A stretch of 64,000 nucleotides of DNA from the human T2T-CHM13v2.0 reference genome, Homo sapiens. The notes beneath the pieces are model-generated. The model was not told where the DNA came from and made no database searches. It saw only the letters and a program-made list of their open reading frames with translations. The stretch is taken from the NCBI RefSeq assembly GCF_009914755.1, contig NC_060932.1. One strand, 5' to 3'. Shown in pieces: positions 12,991 to 25,391 of the stretch (within the stretch, counting starts at the first letter, position 1; each line of letters begins with the position of its first letter). Made by a program: the position numbers and the translations under genes.

Positions 12991-13402
12991 AAGAAATATT
13001 CCTGATCCCTCTGAAGGCCTGTAGGCAAAGGGTATGTTCCCCGTCAATCAAGATATAGGATGATGTCTTTGTCTGTTTCTTTTCCCAGGATCTTAGTGAT
13101 CTTTTCCAAATGTTTGCAGCCAGGAGCAGTAATTATGAGTGAAGCTCTGAGGCACAATTCCGGCTTTTGTGAGACACAGTTCTCACCTTTATGCAAATGA
13201 TGCTCAAAGTTTTCTCCAGGCCCAGGTGGGTCTTTTAATCCTAATATACATTTCTCTTGGCAGAAGACCAATTAGGAAAGAAATAAACAAAACAACAACC
13301 CAAAGCTTGCCAGCTTTGAAGTACACTTGATATTTTTTTTCAAAATTGAAAATCTGAATGTAAAGGAGAAGGCAAATTAAGCAAAGGTAATTAAAATATT
13401 AC

Positions 13403-14877
13403 TGTATTAATTTTCTGTTGCTGCTATAACAAATTATCACAAATTTAGTGACTTAAAACAACATATTTATTTTCATAAAGTTCTGACAGTCAGAAGTCTC
13501 ATGCAGGCCTCACTAGGCTAAAATCAAGGTGTGCACAGGGCTGCATTTCTTTCTGGATATTCTAGCATAGAATTCACTCCCTATCTTGTCCAGCTTCTAA
13601 AGACTACCTACATTCCTTGGCTTGTGGCCCCCTTCTATCTTCAAGGTCAACAATGACTAGTTGTGAATTAATAAAATATTTATATAGTGGGTCTCTTCCT
13701 TTAGTCTCCAGCACAGATCTATAATCTTTGTAATTTCCTGAGTGATAATGGGTGCTAGGAGAATATTTTGTTCTAATGTTTGGTTTTTGCCCCAGTTCTT
13801 GACACAGGGCTCCTGAGACCTTCATAATTTCCTGGGTGACTGGAGCATCTTTTGTTCTAATGAGGTGATTCTTGGTGGGCTTCTAGATGACCCCTGGTCA
13901 CCAGAAAGACCAAGCCATGATTAGAAGCTTGGAACTTTCAGCCCCACCCACCCCCTTCTCTGGGAAGGGCAGAGGGGCTGGAAATTGAGTCAATAATCAA
14001 TCGTTCCTCCATGATAAAGTGCCAGTAAAAATCCCTAAACTATGGGGTTTGAGGAGCTTCTGAATGGATGAACATATCCACCTGCAGGAGGATGATACAC
14101 CCCAACTCCATGCCGACAGCTCCTGTACTCAAGACCCTTCCACACTTCGCCCTATGTGTCTCTCTTCATCTGGCTGTTCCTCTATATCTTTTATTATACC
14201 TGTTATTAATAATAATAAACCCATAAACATTAAATAAGTGTTTCCCTGTGTTCCATGAGTTGTTCTAGCAAATTAATCAAATCTAAAAAGGAGGTTCTGG
14301 GAGCCCTAGTTTATAGCCAGTTAGTCAGAAGTATAGGTGACCAGCTACTACATGCAACTGGCTTTTGAAGTCCAGGGCAGTCTTGTGGGACCGAGCCCTC
14401 ACCCTGTGGGATCTGACACTGTCTGCAGGTGGATAGTGCCACAAGTGAATTGAATTAGAGAATTGAATCAGAATTAGACACCAGCTTGTGTCCTCTGGTG
14501 AACCTGCTGGAGAATTACTTGGTAGGTGTGGAAAACCCCTCAAGTATCTGGTGTTTGAAGTGTTGGATTGAGTGAGAGCCGAAAGTAGAGAAAAAAAACA
14601 CTTTTTGTTTGTTTTTTTAAATCTCTCTATACCAGTCCAGTCTTTCTCACATACTCACTCTGAAATTGACTTTTCTTCTCTTGCTCGCTTTGTTTCCATT
14701 TTTCAGTGCTCTTATGATTACATTGTGCTCACCTGGATAATCCTTGACACTCTCCCTGTTCAAGGTCAAATGATTAGCATCCTTAATTACATCTGCAACC
14801 TTGATTTCCCTTTGCCATGTAATATAACATATTTACACGTTGTGGACCTCTTTGGTGGGCCATTCTTCTGCCTACCA
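13403..14877 (-). mobile_element. MLT1D-like MaLR LTR split by a MER21 insertion
   Basis: 'tgtattaattttctgttgctgctataacaaattatcac' through 13661; resumes at 14632 to 'ccattcttctgcctacca'. Confidence 0.88.
13662..14631 (+). mobile_element. MER21 LTR nested in MLT1
   Basis: TG start; MER21 motifs ('ggtcaccagaaagaccaagccatgattagaagcttggaactttcagcccc', 'gggatctgacactgtctgcaggt'); TSD ctagt/ccagt. Confidence 0.88.
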
Positions 14878-15029
14878 GTTACTTTCTCAAGTAGGTCTAG
14901 CATGATCACCCTATTTGAAATCCCAACCCACACCCACTTCCTTGGTTTTCCTTATGTGTTTAAGACATGATTGCTGTATTTGCGAAGTAACAGGGAACAT
15001 GATTTTTTGGAAACTATATGGACGAAAAA

Positions 15030-15190
15030 GTCAACTTGGCCTGGGTTTAAAACCTTGTCCTGCTATTTTTAATGTGATGCTTTTTGGAAATGTCTTAATA
15101 TATTTGAGCCTCAGTTTTTGAGTTTGGGAAATGGTAATAATACAGCAAGTGCACTGGACTGTTGTGAATATCTAAAAAGATTGTATACTG
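15030..15190 (+). mobile_element. MIR
   Basis: 'ctgggtttaaaacc...gagcctcagttttt...aaatggtaataata'. Confidence 0.75.
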
Positions 15191-15414
15191 GATATACCTG
15201 ACCAATCTGCTTCATGTCCTCAAAGAAGGCAAATTATTAAGAAAAACAACAGAACAGAAGAGTCAAAATCCAAAATTTAAAGAAAAATTAAACATTTAAT
15301 TGGAGAAAAAAAGAAAGTGGATGTACCTGGCACAGAAGCACACATGAGGTGCACTCAATATCTACTTCCCTCCCAGCTGCTTCTCTCCTCCCACTCAGTT
15401 CCCAGTCTGACTCT

Positions 15415-16342
15415 ACCCATTCAGAAATAAATCCCCTTCCTCCTCCCTCTTGCCCATGACAACCACTATTCTTTCTGTTTCTGTGAGTTTGACTGCATTC
15501 GTTACTTTGTCTCAGTAAAATCGTGCAATATTTGTCCTTTGGTGACTGGCTTTTCTCACTTAGCATAGTAGCCTCCGGGTTTATCCATGTTGCAGCATGT
15601 ATCAGAATTTCCTTCCTTTCAAGAGCTGAATATTATTCCACTGTATGTATATACCACCTTTTGTCTCTGCATTCATTCATCACTAGATGCTTGGGTTACT
15701 TCCACTTTTTGGCTATTGTGAATAATGCTGCTGTGAACATGGGTATACACATCTCTGAGATTCTACTTTCAATTCTTTCGGATATGTATACAGAAGTGGA
15801 ATTGCTGGATTAGATGGTAATTCTATTTTTAATTGTTTGAGGAAATGCCATACTATTTTTGTAGCTGTACCATTTTACTTTCCCAACAACAGGACAAAAA
15901 GGCTCTGATTTCTCCACATACTCAACAACACTTTATTTTCTTTTTAAAAATTTTACAGTAGACATCCTGGTGGGTGTGAGATGATATCTCATTTGGTTTT
16001 GATTTTAATTTCCCTAATGATTAGTGATGTTGAACATCATTTAATTTGCTCATTGGTTGTTTGTATATTTTTTGGAGAAATGTCTATTAAAGTTATTTGC
16101 CCATTTTCAAATCAAATTATTCTGTTGTTGGCAGAATAATTGTGGTGGTGAGTTGTAGGAGTTCTTTACGTACTCTATTAACCCCTTATCGGATATATAT
16201 TTACAAATATTTTTCTCAGTTTGTAAGTTGTCTTTTCAGCCTGTTGATTGCACTCTTTGATGCACAGAAGGTTTAAATTTTGATGTAGTCCAATTTACTT
16301 ATTTTTACTTTTGTTGCCTGTGCTTTTTTGGTGTCATATCAC
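15415..16342 (-). mobile_element. L1MB-type 3' fragment
   Basis: Antisense L1 3' UTR and ORF2 end (ORF MLSEKSQSPKDKYC...). Confidence 0.9.
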
Positions 16343-16369
16343 TAATAGGAGTTATAAGTCTTTAATCCT

Positions 16370-16433
16370 AACACACATACATATACCTACACACAGAAAC
16401 ACCCACACAGAAACACACACACACACACACACA
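16370..16433. repeat. (CA)n-rich microsatellite
   Basis: Directly visible. Confidence 0.9.
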
Positions 16434-17868
16434 ATTTACAAGAGCAAAATGAATTTGCAATGCTTTAAGAAAAGAAATTATTAAAGGCACCACTACCAAA
16501 TAGAATAGCAGACAAAATGACAATAACAGCAACAACAACAACCTGTTGTATATCTTTCTTCTGTGATCAGAAGTTTTTCATCTTCAGGTCTTATGATGTC
16601 TTCTCTGCGTATATATCTTCTTATGTCTTCTGTAAGAGTAGCTATAACCCTGGTGAGAACAGGGGAGCTGCAGTCAGTAAATCAGAGGTCTAACCAGAAT
16701 TGTATTACAGCTGTGTGATCTGTGATCTTGGGTAGGCCATTTTCCCTTTTGTGACCTCAGGCACATTACCTGAGATCCCCTTCAGCTTTCACATTCTGTG
16801 CTCAATTATTTTTTTCACATTCAGGATAAAAGACCACATTCTTGGTTCATCACTTGTGCCAGTTTTGTTCTTGAGTTTACTGGCAAGCAATTATCCTTTT
16901 GCATCAGTCACCCTCTAGAATATAGTCTCCCTGTTGAGCTGAGAACTATTAGTACTTTCTAGGCAACTACTTCTTTTATTGTGGTCTTTCTATGCCAGGT
17001 ACCAATTGATGGGTATCAAGATAGAGAGATGCAAAGTTGATTCATCACTCCCACTAGGCTACCTTCATGCCCACATTCCTAGTCTCTATTCCTAATCATT
17101 CCTGAGTCTCAGACATCCTCCTCTTTTGAAGAGTCCTACATTAGGGCCATGGATCACTTGCCTCAACTTGGGTTTTCTCCCTGTACTTTCTTTGTATTAG
17201 GCCAAAGTGACATTTCTTAGACTCCAGTTTTACTCCTGTCCATTTGAGTAAATGACCTGAGTAAAAGGGTCTCAGAAATGATCCTTTTCTGTATTTCTTT
17301 GTGAGCTTGGTGGAAACTTTACAGAGAAAATGAATGTCTGAAACAATTAAGAGCCAACCAAATTTAAGAGTTCTCCTTTAAATCTAATATTCTAAGTCAC
17401 AGGTGAACCAGAGTTTCATAACAACAGTGATCTCAACTCAGACCCAAAATGGTCACCATTTCCCATGAATAACTTGACTCAAAACTATCTGAGCTAGTTT
17501 AGATTATGATTAAAAGTTTTCCTGAAAATGATGAACCAACTTTTATTTTATTTTATTTCCCAGTCTGCTCTTGAGTAAAACTAGCATGACATAACTTATG
17601 CCACACAAATGGGCAGTCACAGGTGTGTAATAAAGATAAATAACAGATAATCCTCAAAGCATTTTTTATTTGTCTCTAATGTGTTTTCACACCTAAGTTT
17701 GAAACTGGGGGCATCTGATGTGAGGAATTAGTGAGGGCCAAATTCTGAATTCACAGAATGCACACACACATACCCTGGAGGATTACTCAGAAAATTACCC
17801 ATTGCCTACAACTTCCCCAACATATACACACACATGCACACACACATGTACATGTCGGCATATATACA

Positions 17869-18206
17869 CAGTAGTCCCCCATGATTCACAGTTTTGCTTT
17901 TCATGGTTTCGGTTACCTGTGGTCAACTGGGATCTGAAAATAGTTGAATACAGTAGAATAACATATTTTGAGAGAGAGAGACAGCAGAGCGAATGAGCAC
18001 ATTTATATAGCTTTTGTTACAGTATATTGTTATAATTGTGGTATTTTATTATTAGTTAATGTTACTGTGCCTTCTGTATAAATTAAACTTCCCATGTATG
18101 TATAGGAAATAACACAGTATATATGGGGCTCAGTACCACCCACAGCCTCAGGCATCCACTGCGGGTCTTGGACCATATACCCTGTAGATAAGGGGGGACT
18201 AACGTG
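17869..18206 (+). mobile_element. MER44A (Tigger7-derived MITE)
   Basis: TIRs cagtagtccccc ... ggggggacta; ~340 bp; TA at right end. Confidence 0.9.
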
Positions 18207-21200
18207 TATGCATTTCTTTATTCCTCCTATTCCAGGCTGGGCTTAGAAAAACTCTTTTACATCATGATACTAAGTACCAGCCTAAATCAGGGCACTTTTA
18301 TTTGAGCAAGTTTGTTGTAACATACTTTTTTTGGTGCAATAGAATGAATATAGATGCTCAAACCTCTAAGCAGCCAATGACTTCCCTTAGATATGTTCTG
18401 CTCAAAATGTCACTATCAAAGTTCTCAATGTGAAAGCCAGATTTCAATTCAGGAGCAGTGCTATGCTGAGTCTAATCTGTCCCCGGCACAGTTGCCTCTA
18501 TTCCTTGTTGGAGTTCCTAGTCTGACTCTAGCTTATCGAAAAAGGGCAGATGCTGAAAGAGGAGAAAGCAGTGTCTGAGAACTTGAAGAAGGCAGTTTGA
18601 GAATCCAAGAGTGAGGCAGAATTAACCATAGATTCCAAAAACTTTTATTGCATGCCAGAAAGTATGCTAGAAGCTTGGAACTCCAAAGAAAATAAAACTC
18701 AGTACTCTTTGCTAACCTGGAAAGACACAAATACGGCCAATAAGGATCAGTCATAAGAGCGACAGAAGCTGATGCTTTAGAGCTGACGTCACAATCAGAA
18801 ACAGAGAAAGAAGAAAGAGAGCTGGACAACTGCCTTGGGTACCCATCTATCACACTGAAACTACATTGAAAATGTAGTAAGTTGGAGTAAAAATACTGCA
18901 TGTGTTTGGAAGAATTATTTGATAAGACAGTAGTGTAATCTGTCAGAGAAGACATCCACGGGATATGCATGCTTAAGGAACAAGAGGTGGTAAAATCTCT
19001 GAGAGTAAACCTGTGTCAACTGCAGAATACTCCTTGCAGAAACTCTTTATGCTGTAGTTCCTAAATGCAGAAAGGGTAACTAAGTACTTTGCCAAACCTA
19101 ACTCATGGACCGTAGTGGTGGAATCAGCAGCCTGATTTCCAAGAATCACCGTGTGTCCTATTGTTCTGCCTGGGGACAGACTATGGAGAGCCTTATGTGC
19201 TATGATGAAAGCATTTAGACTTTATTCGGTAGACAACAGGGAGCTACTGCCATTTTTGAGCAATAGACTGATATATTATCACCTTTTGGTAATCTCTTTT
19301 GAACTAATAAATTTGGTTTGTGTTATCCCATGAGCAGAGATATATTGTGGTTAACCTTCTCAAATCTGTTTTAGAAAGAGAGAGAAAATAAATGTATACG
19401 AAATAAAATAAACAAAAGAAACCAAACAAATAAATGAATAGAGTGCGCTTTCGGTTAAAAAAAAAGTGAAACAAAAAGTATACATTATATAAATCATAGC
19501 CAACCAGAGATTCAAATGTATTTTTTCACAAGAGCCCTTGATAAATGGTCAATAAATGCTAAGTGGGATATTGTTTTGTAATTTCTCTTAGTTTGCTTTT
19601 GGAAGTAATTTCACCAACCAATTTATAATTGTAGCATGTAGGAACATACACATAGCCATTTTTTTTCTTACAGCAGGGGAATAGATTGCAAAGATCTAGT
19701 TTCAGACAGCCAAATGATTTACAGTAAGACCTACTAAACAATTCTGAAAATATAATTCAGATCTCTGAAGCTTTCTGCTTTTTAAAGTTAACAGTGGTGA
19801 AAAGGAACATTAGATTTGATTGAAAAATAATACACACATTATAAAAAGTCATAGTCCAATTGACTCTGCTAGGTACCAAAATTTACATTTATTTTTATGC
19901 AATGCTAACAAAGCAGCATTTCATTAACACTATGTTACAAAAAATCCTTCCTTTGTTTTATCTTTCCTACCTTTGTTGAAAACTCCCTCAGCCTGCTGAT
20001 TTTTGACAACCTGTTGGAAGGTAACGATACACAGATTTTTCTGTGCACCATATTACAGCACAGCTTCCTGACAAGCTAGTCTCTGGCTAAACAAATCATT
20101 TGCGCCCTGTCTGATTTGTTTCCATGTTAGTAATTCAACTGCAATTTGTTCCTTCCCACAGCTAAATGAAAATGTGGTCATCAGATGCAATCCTTCCTGT
20201 TTGGGCATCATAAATAATAGGTTTCTGGAGTGCAACACATAAATATTTCACTAACCACAATGTAGGTTTTAGGAAATGGCAGAATAAAAGTAGTAGAAGA
20301 AGAATTTCCTATAGATTTCATTTTTACTGTAGTTAGAGGCCATTTTACGGCTTGGTGCATTCATTAGTCTCTTTAAGAAAGTGTTTTTCACCCAAAGAAA
20401 CTTTATAGTATAAACATGTGCTTTCTAATTCCTTGACATATCAGGTTTCTATTTTCTTCCTGGTTGAGTTGGGATGTAATATATCATCAAGTATTCCCAG
20501 GACTGATTTTAATTCACTGACTTTTTTTTCTACATAGAATTGTTATCTCCTGGGCAAATGAAGAGCCACTGTAGAATAATGAAATTTATACTGAAGCTAA
20601 ATTCTTCTCACTCCTGCTGGGTGAGTCACCTGAAACTATAAAAGAGAAAAAAATAAGTGGAGTACATGGAGATGGTAAGGTGAGGGGGTGGGATGTGATG
20701 AACAGTAGTACAGTAAACATAATTCTTTTCTCCAAGTTAAAAGACTTGTACTTAAAAATATATTCCCTCTGGCCTGAAAACCTATTTCCCATGTCCTGTG
20801 GTCTTCGTTCCATGGGTGTCCTGAAAATAATTGGGTATTTAAAGAACCTCAAAAAACTGCCGATCACAGAGCCAACTGCCTCTTGGTACTTTCCCTCTGA
20901 GACTCCTATTAATTTTTAATCAGCTTGCTGCTCTTTCAGGTCTTTAGGACTCTGGTAAGTAAAGAAAAATGCCATGTGGACTGTAGAGGAGGAGACAGCA
21001 AATAAATACAGAGGGAAAGTCCCTCTCTTGAACCTGCAGAGACAAAGGCCAGTGTGGCTTCAACAAAATGGAGTGAAGGCAGTTTTGGGGAGAAAATCAC
21101 TCCTTCAGCTGGAACAGTTGTGCAAATTATAATCCTATTTTTTCTACAGCTACTTGACTGGTACAGATTGTGCATTCCTTGACCTTTATTTCCAGAGTTG

Positions 21201-21837
21201 AGTGCCACGTCTGTGCTTTTGATATCAAGAGGGCATAATGACTTGTCTCTCTAGGAATTTTCCTAACTTTTCTACTTTTTCTAATAGATGCATAATTTTT
21301 ACTCCTGTCTTTAATGTCTGTCTCCGTCTCTCTCTGTCTCTTTCTCTTCCAGTGTTTCTTGGCTGATATAGCACACAATTTTATATTTGGGTCAACCATA
21401 AGCCCAATCTATGAGAAAGGGTTTATTGTATTTTTTATCTTGATAAACAATAACCTCATATAAAGTGGTTCGAAGTAATAACTAAATATTTTTCTCACCA
21501 CTCAATGACCCCAAAGTATATCTGATACCTTAATCTCAACCTTTTGTTGACTTGTTGTCATAAGTGATAACTAGCATTACAGATTTATGATTTGAAAGCA
21601 TAGTAAACATCAGTTGGAGAAATCACTGGGAGAAGTTATTTGATTTAGCCTTCAGTTCACAGGTGTATTGTTGACCAAAGGAAGGTCTTGTCTCCCAGAG
21701 TTGGAGATTTCCTTTCTTTATGGCTCAATAATATTTCATTGTGTGTATATATGCATTATCAAAATCCCAATGGCATTTTTCACAGGCATAGAAAAACAAT
21801 TCTAATATTTATTTGGAACCACAAAGATCCCAAAGTA

Positions 21838-21883
<46 letters not shown>

Positions 21884-22070
21884 ACGAATATACAACACAT
21901 TTTCATTATCCATTCATATATTGACAGACACTTAGGTTGTTTTCATATCTTGGCTACTGTGAACAATGTGGCAATAAACATATGGGTGCATATATCTCTT
22001 TGAGATACTGATTTTATTCATTTTGCATATATACTCATAAGTGGGATTGCTGGATCATACGGTATGATCT

Positions 22071-22418
22071 TTTTTTTTTTTGTAGAGACAGGGTCTCACT
22101 GTGTTGCCTAGGCTGGTCTTTTTTTCTTCTTCTTTTTCTTTGTTTTTTGTAGAAACAGAGCCTCACTTTTCTTCTTTCTTTCTTTCTTCTTCTTGTTCTT
22201 CTTCTTGTTCTTACTTGTTCTTCTTCTTCCTCCTCCTCCTCCTCCTTCTCCTTCTCCTCCTCGTCCTCCTCCTCTTCCTCCTCCTCCTCCTCGAGACAGG
22301 GTCTCACCATGTTGCCTAGGCTATCTTGAGCTGCTCTTGAACTCCTGGGCTCAAGCGATCCTCCTGTCTCAGCCTCCCAAAGTACTAAGACTATGTGTGT
22401 GAGCCACCACATTTGGCC
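22071..22418 (-). mobile_element. FLAM/Alu left monomer with reiterated 3' end and (CTT)n/(CCT)n expansion
   Basis: 'ctcctgggctcaagcgatcctcctgtctcagcctcccaaag'; TSD gtatgatct / gtatgttct. Confidence 0.85.
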
Positions 22419-23734
22419 TGTATGTTCTATTTTTAATTTTTGGAGGAATCTGTGTATCTGCATGTTGTTTTCCATAAAGGCTGCACCAATTTACATTCCC
22501 ATCAACAGTTTCATGGGTTCCCCTGTTTCTATACCTTCACTAATGTTTCTAATCTCTTGTCTATTTTGTAATAGCCATCTCAGTAGGTGTAAGGTGATAT
22601 TGTGGTTTTGATTAGAATTTCCCTTATGATTAGTAACATCGAGCACCTTTTCATATACCTTTTGGTGATTTGAATGTGTTCTTCAGAAAGATGTCTATTC
22701 AGGTCCCTTGCCCATTTTTTAATTGGGTCACATATTTTTGTTTTGTTTCGTGTTGCTATTGAGTTATATGAGTTCCTTAGATATTCTGCATATTAACTCC
22801 TTATCAGATAGATGGTTTGCAAATGCTTTCTCCCATTCTGTAGTGTGCCTTTATATTTCATTTTATTTTATTTTTATTGTTCCCTTGGTTTTACAAAAGC
22901 TTTTAATTTGACATAATTTCACTGGTTTATTTTTATTGCCTGTGCTTTTGATGTCATAGCCAAAAAATTATTCCCAAGCCTAATGTCAAGGAGTTTTTCC
23001 CATGTTTTCTTCTAGTCATTTTATGGTTTCAGGTTTTACACTGAAATCTTTATTCTATTTTAAGTCAATTTTTGTATATGGTGTAAGATAAGCGTCCAAT
23101 TTTATTCTTTTGCATAGAGTATCCAGTTTTCCCAACACCATTTTATTGAAGAGATAATCCTTTTTCCACTGTGTATTCTTGGCACCCTTGTCAAAGATTG
23201 GTTGACCATATATGTGTGGCTATATTTCTGGGTTTTCTATTCTGTTCCATTGGTCCATATATATTTTTGTATGCCAGTACAATTATGTTTTGACTATGAA
23301 AGTTTCGTAATACAGGTTGAAATCACTATGTGTGATGTCTCCATCTGTGTTATTTTTTTCTCAAGATCACTTTAGCTATTTTGGGTCTTTTGTGGTTCCA
23401 TACAAATTTTAAATTTTTTTTCTATTCTGTGAAAAATGCCATTGGAATTTTGACAGAGATTGCATTGAATCTGTAGATAACTTTGTGTCCTATGGACATT
23501 TTAATAATCTTAATTGTTATTTCCAATCTATGGACATGGGTATCTTTCCTGTTTTTGTGTCTTCTTCAATTTTTTTCATCAATGTCTTCTAGTTTTCAGT
23601 GTAGAGATCTTTCATATACTTGGTAAAATTTAATCATAAGTATTTTATTATTTTGATGCCATTGTAAATGGGGTTGTTTTCATAACTTTTTCAGATAGTT
23701 TGTTTTTATTGTGTAAAAACACAACCGATTTTCT

Positions 23735-24470
23735 TAGAACTGTCTCTTTTATACACGGGATATTTTCCAAGACCCCTCAGGGATGCCTGAAACCATGAAC
23801 AGTACCTTACCAAATACATACTATGTTTTATTCTATACATACATACCTATCATAAAGTTTAATTTACAAATTAGCCACAGCAAAAGATTAATAATAATTG
23901 ATAATAAAATATAACATTATAATAATATTCTGTAATAAAATTTATGTGGATGTGGTCTCTCTCTCTCTCAAAATATTTTATTGTACTGTGGATCTTACCA
24001 ATATCAACGTACATTTTTTTCTTTTCTTATTAAGAACTTTTACTTTTTTAGTAAAAGGAAGCATTTTACAGATTCTCTTTTCAATATTTGAATTTCCAGC
24101 ATTACTATTCTTGTGTTTGGGGGCTGTTATTAAGTAAAATAAGGGTTACTTGAACACAAGCACTGCACTACCACAACAGTAGAACTGATAACAAAGATGA
24201 CTACTAAGTAACTAATGAGTAGGTAGTATATACAGTGTGGATAAGCTGAACAAAGGGATGATTCATGCCTGGTAGGATGGAGTGGACAGTGTGAGATTTC
24301 ATCATACTACTCAGAGTGGCACACAACTTAAAAGTTTTGAATTGTTTATTTCTAAAATTTTTCATTTACTATTTTTGAACCATGGTTGACCTTGGGTAGT
24401 TGAAAGCACAGAAAAAACAAAACAAAATAAAACAAAAAAACACACAGATAAGTAGGGGGAGGTCTACTTG
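23735..24470 (-). mobile_element. MER44B/C/D (Tigger7-derived), ~735 bp
   Basis: 'ttccaagacccctcagggatgcctgaaacc' at one end and 'gataagtaggggga..tact' at the other; interrupts L1 at a TA. Confidence 0.85.
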
Positions 24471-24794
24471 TATGTTGATTTTGTATTCTAAAAATTTACT
24501 GAATCTATTAGTTCTAAGAGATTCGTGGTAGAGTCTTCAGGATTTTCTATATATAAAATTAGGTCATCTGTAAACAGAGACAATTTATCTTCTTCCTATC
24601 CAATTTGGATGTATTTTATTAATTCTTTCTCTTGTCTGATTGTTCTGGCTAGCCCTTCCAGCAATATGTTGAATAGAAGTGTAAAAACCCTAGTTTTATT
24701 CCTGATCTTAGAGGAAAGAGCTTTCAGCTTTCTACCATAAAATATGATGTTAGCTGTGAGCTTGTTGTATATGACTTTAATTATGTTGAGGTAT

Positions 24795-25089
24795 ATGACT
24801 CACAGTTCCACATGGCTGGAGAGGCCTCTGGAAACTTATAATCGTGACAGAAGGCACCTCTTCACAGGACAGCAAAAGAGAGAATGAGTGCAAAGCCGGG
24901 GAAATGCCAAATGCTTGTAAAACCATCAGATCTTGTGAGAACTCACTATCACAAGAACAACATGGGGGTAAGCACCCCCATGATTCAATTACCAATTACC
25001 TCTCACTGGGTCCCTCCCCTAACACGTGGGGATTATGTGAACTACAATTCAAGGTGAGATTTGGATGGGGACATTGCCAAACCATACCA
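24795..25089 (-). mobile_element. THE1C LTR lacking its 3' end
   Basis: 'gactcacagttccacatggctgg...gaaggcacctcttcacagg...ccaaaccatacca'. Confidence 0.9.
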
Positions 25090-25099
25090 TATATATTTC

Positions 25100-25391
25100 T
25101 TTTTGAGACAGGGTCTCACTCGGTTGCCCAGGCTGGAGTGCAGTGGCACAATCCCGTTCACTGCAACCTCGAAATCCTGGGCTCAAGCAATCGTCCTGCC
25201 TCAGCCCCCTGAGTAGCTGGGACTACAGGCACATACCACCCTGCCTGGATACTTTTTTATTTTAATATTTTTGTAGAAACGGGGTCTCTCTATGTTGCTC
25301 AGGGTCTCTCTATGTTGCCCAGGCTTATGTGATACTTCTGCCTCAGCCTCCTAACGTTCTGGGATTACAGGCATGAGCTGCTGCACCAGTC
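25100..25391 (-). mobile_element. AluJ
   Basis: 'gagacagggtctcact...ctgggctcaagcaatc'; internal tandem duplication gggtctctctatgttgc x2. Confidence 0.92.

Noticed and set aside
18533-18970. 145-aa Ser-rich minus-strand ORF in unique DNA
   Set aside because: No domain similarity; the composition follows from a GA-rich plus strand; the length is compatible with chance.
22035-22475. Poly-Glu, poly-Pro and poly-Leu ORFs
   Set aside because: Artefacts of the (CCT)n/(CTT)n tract and Alu monomer.
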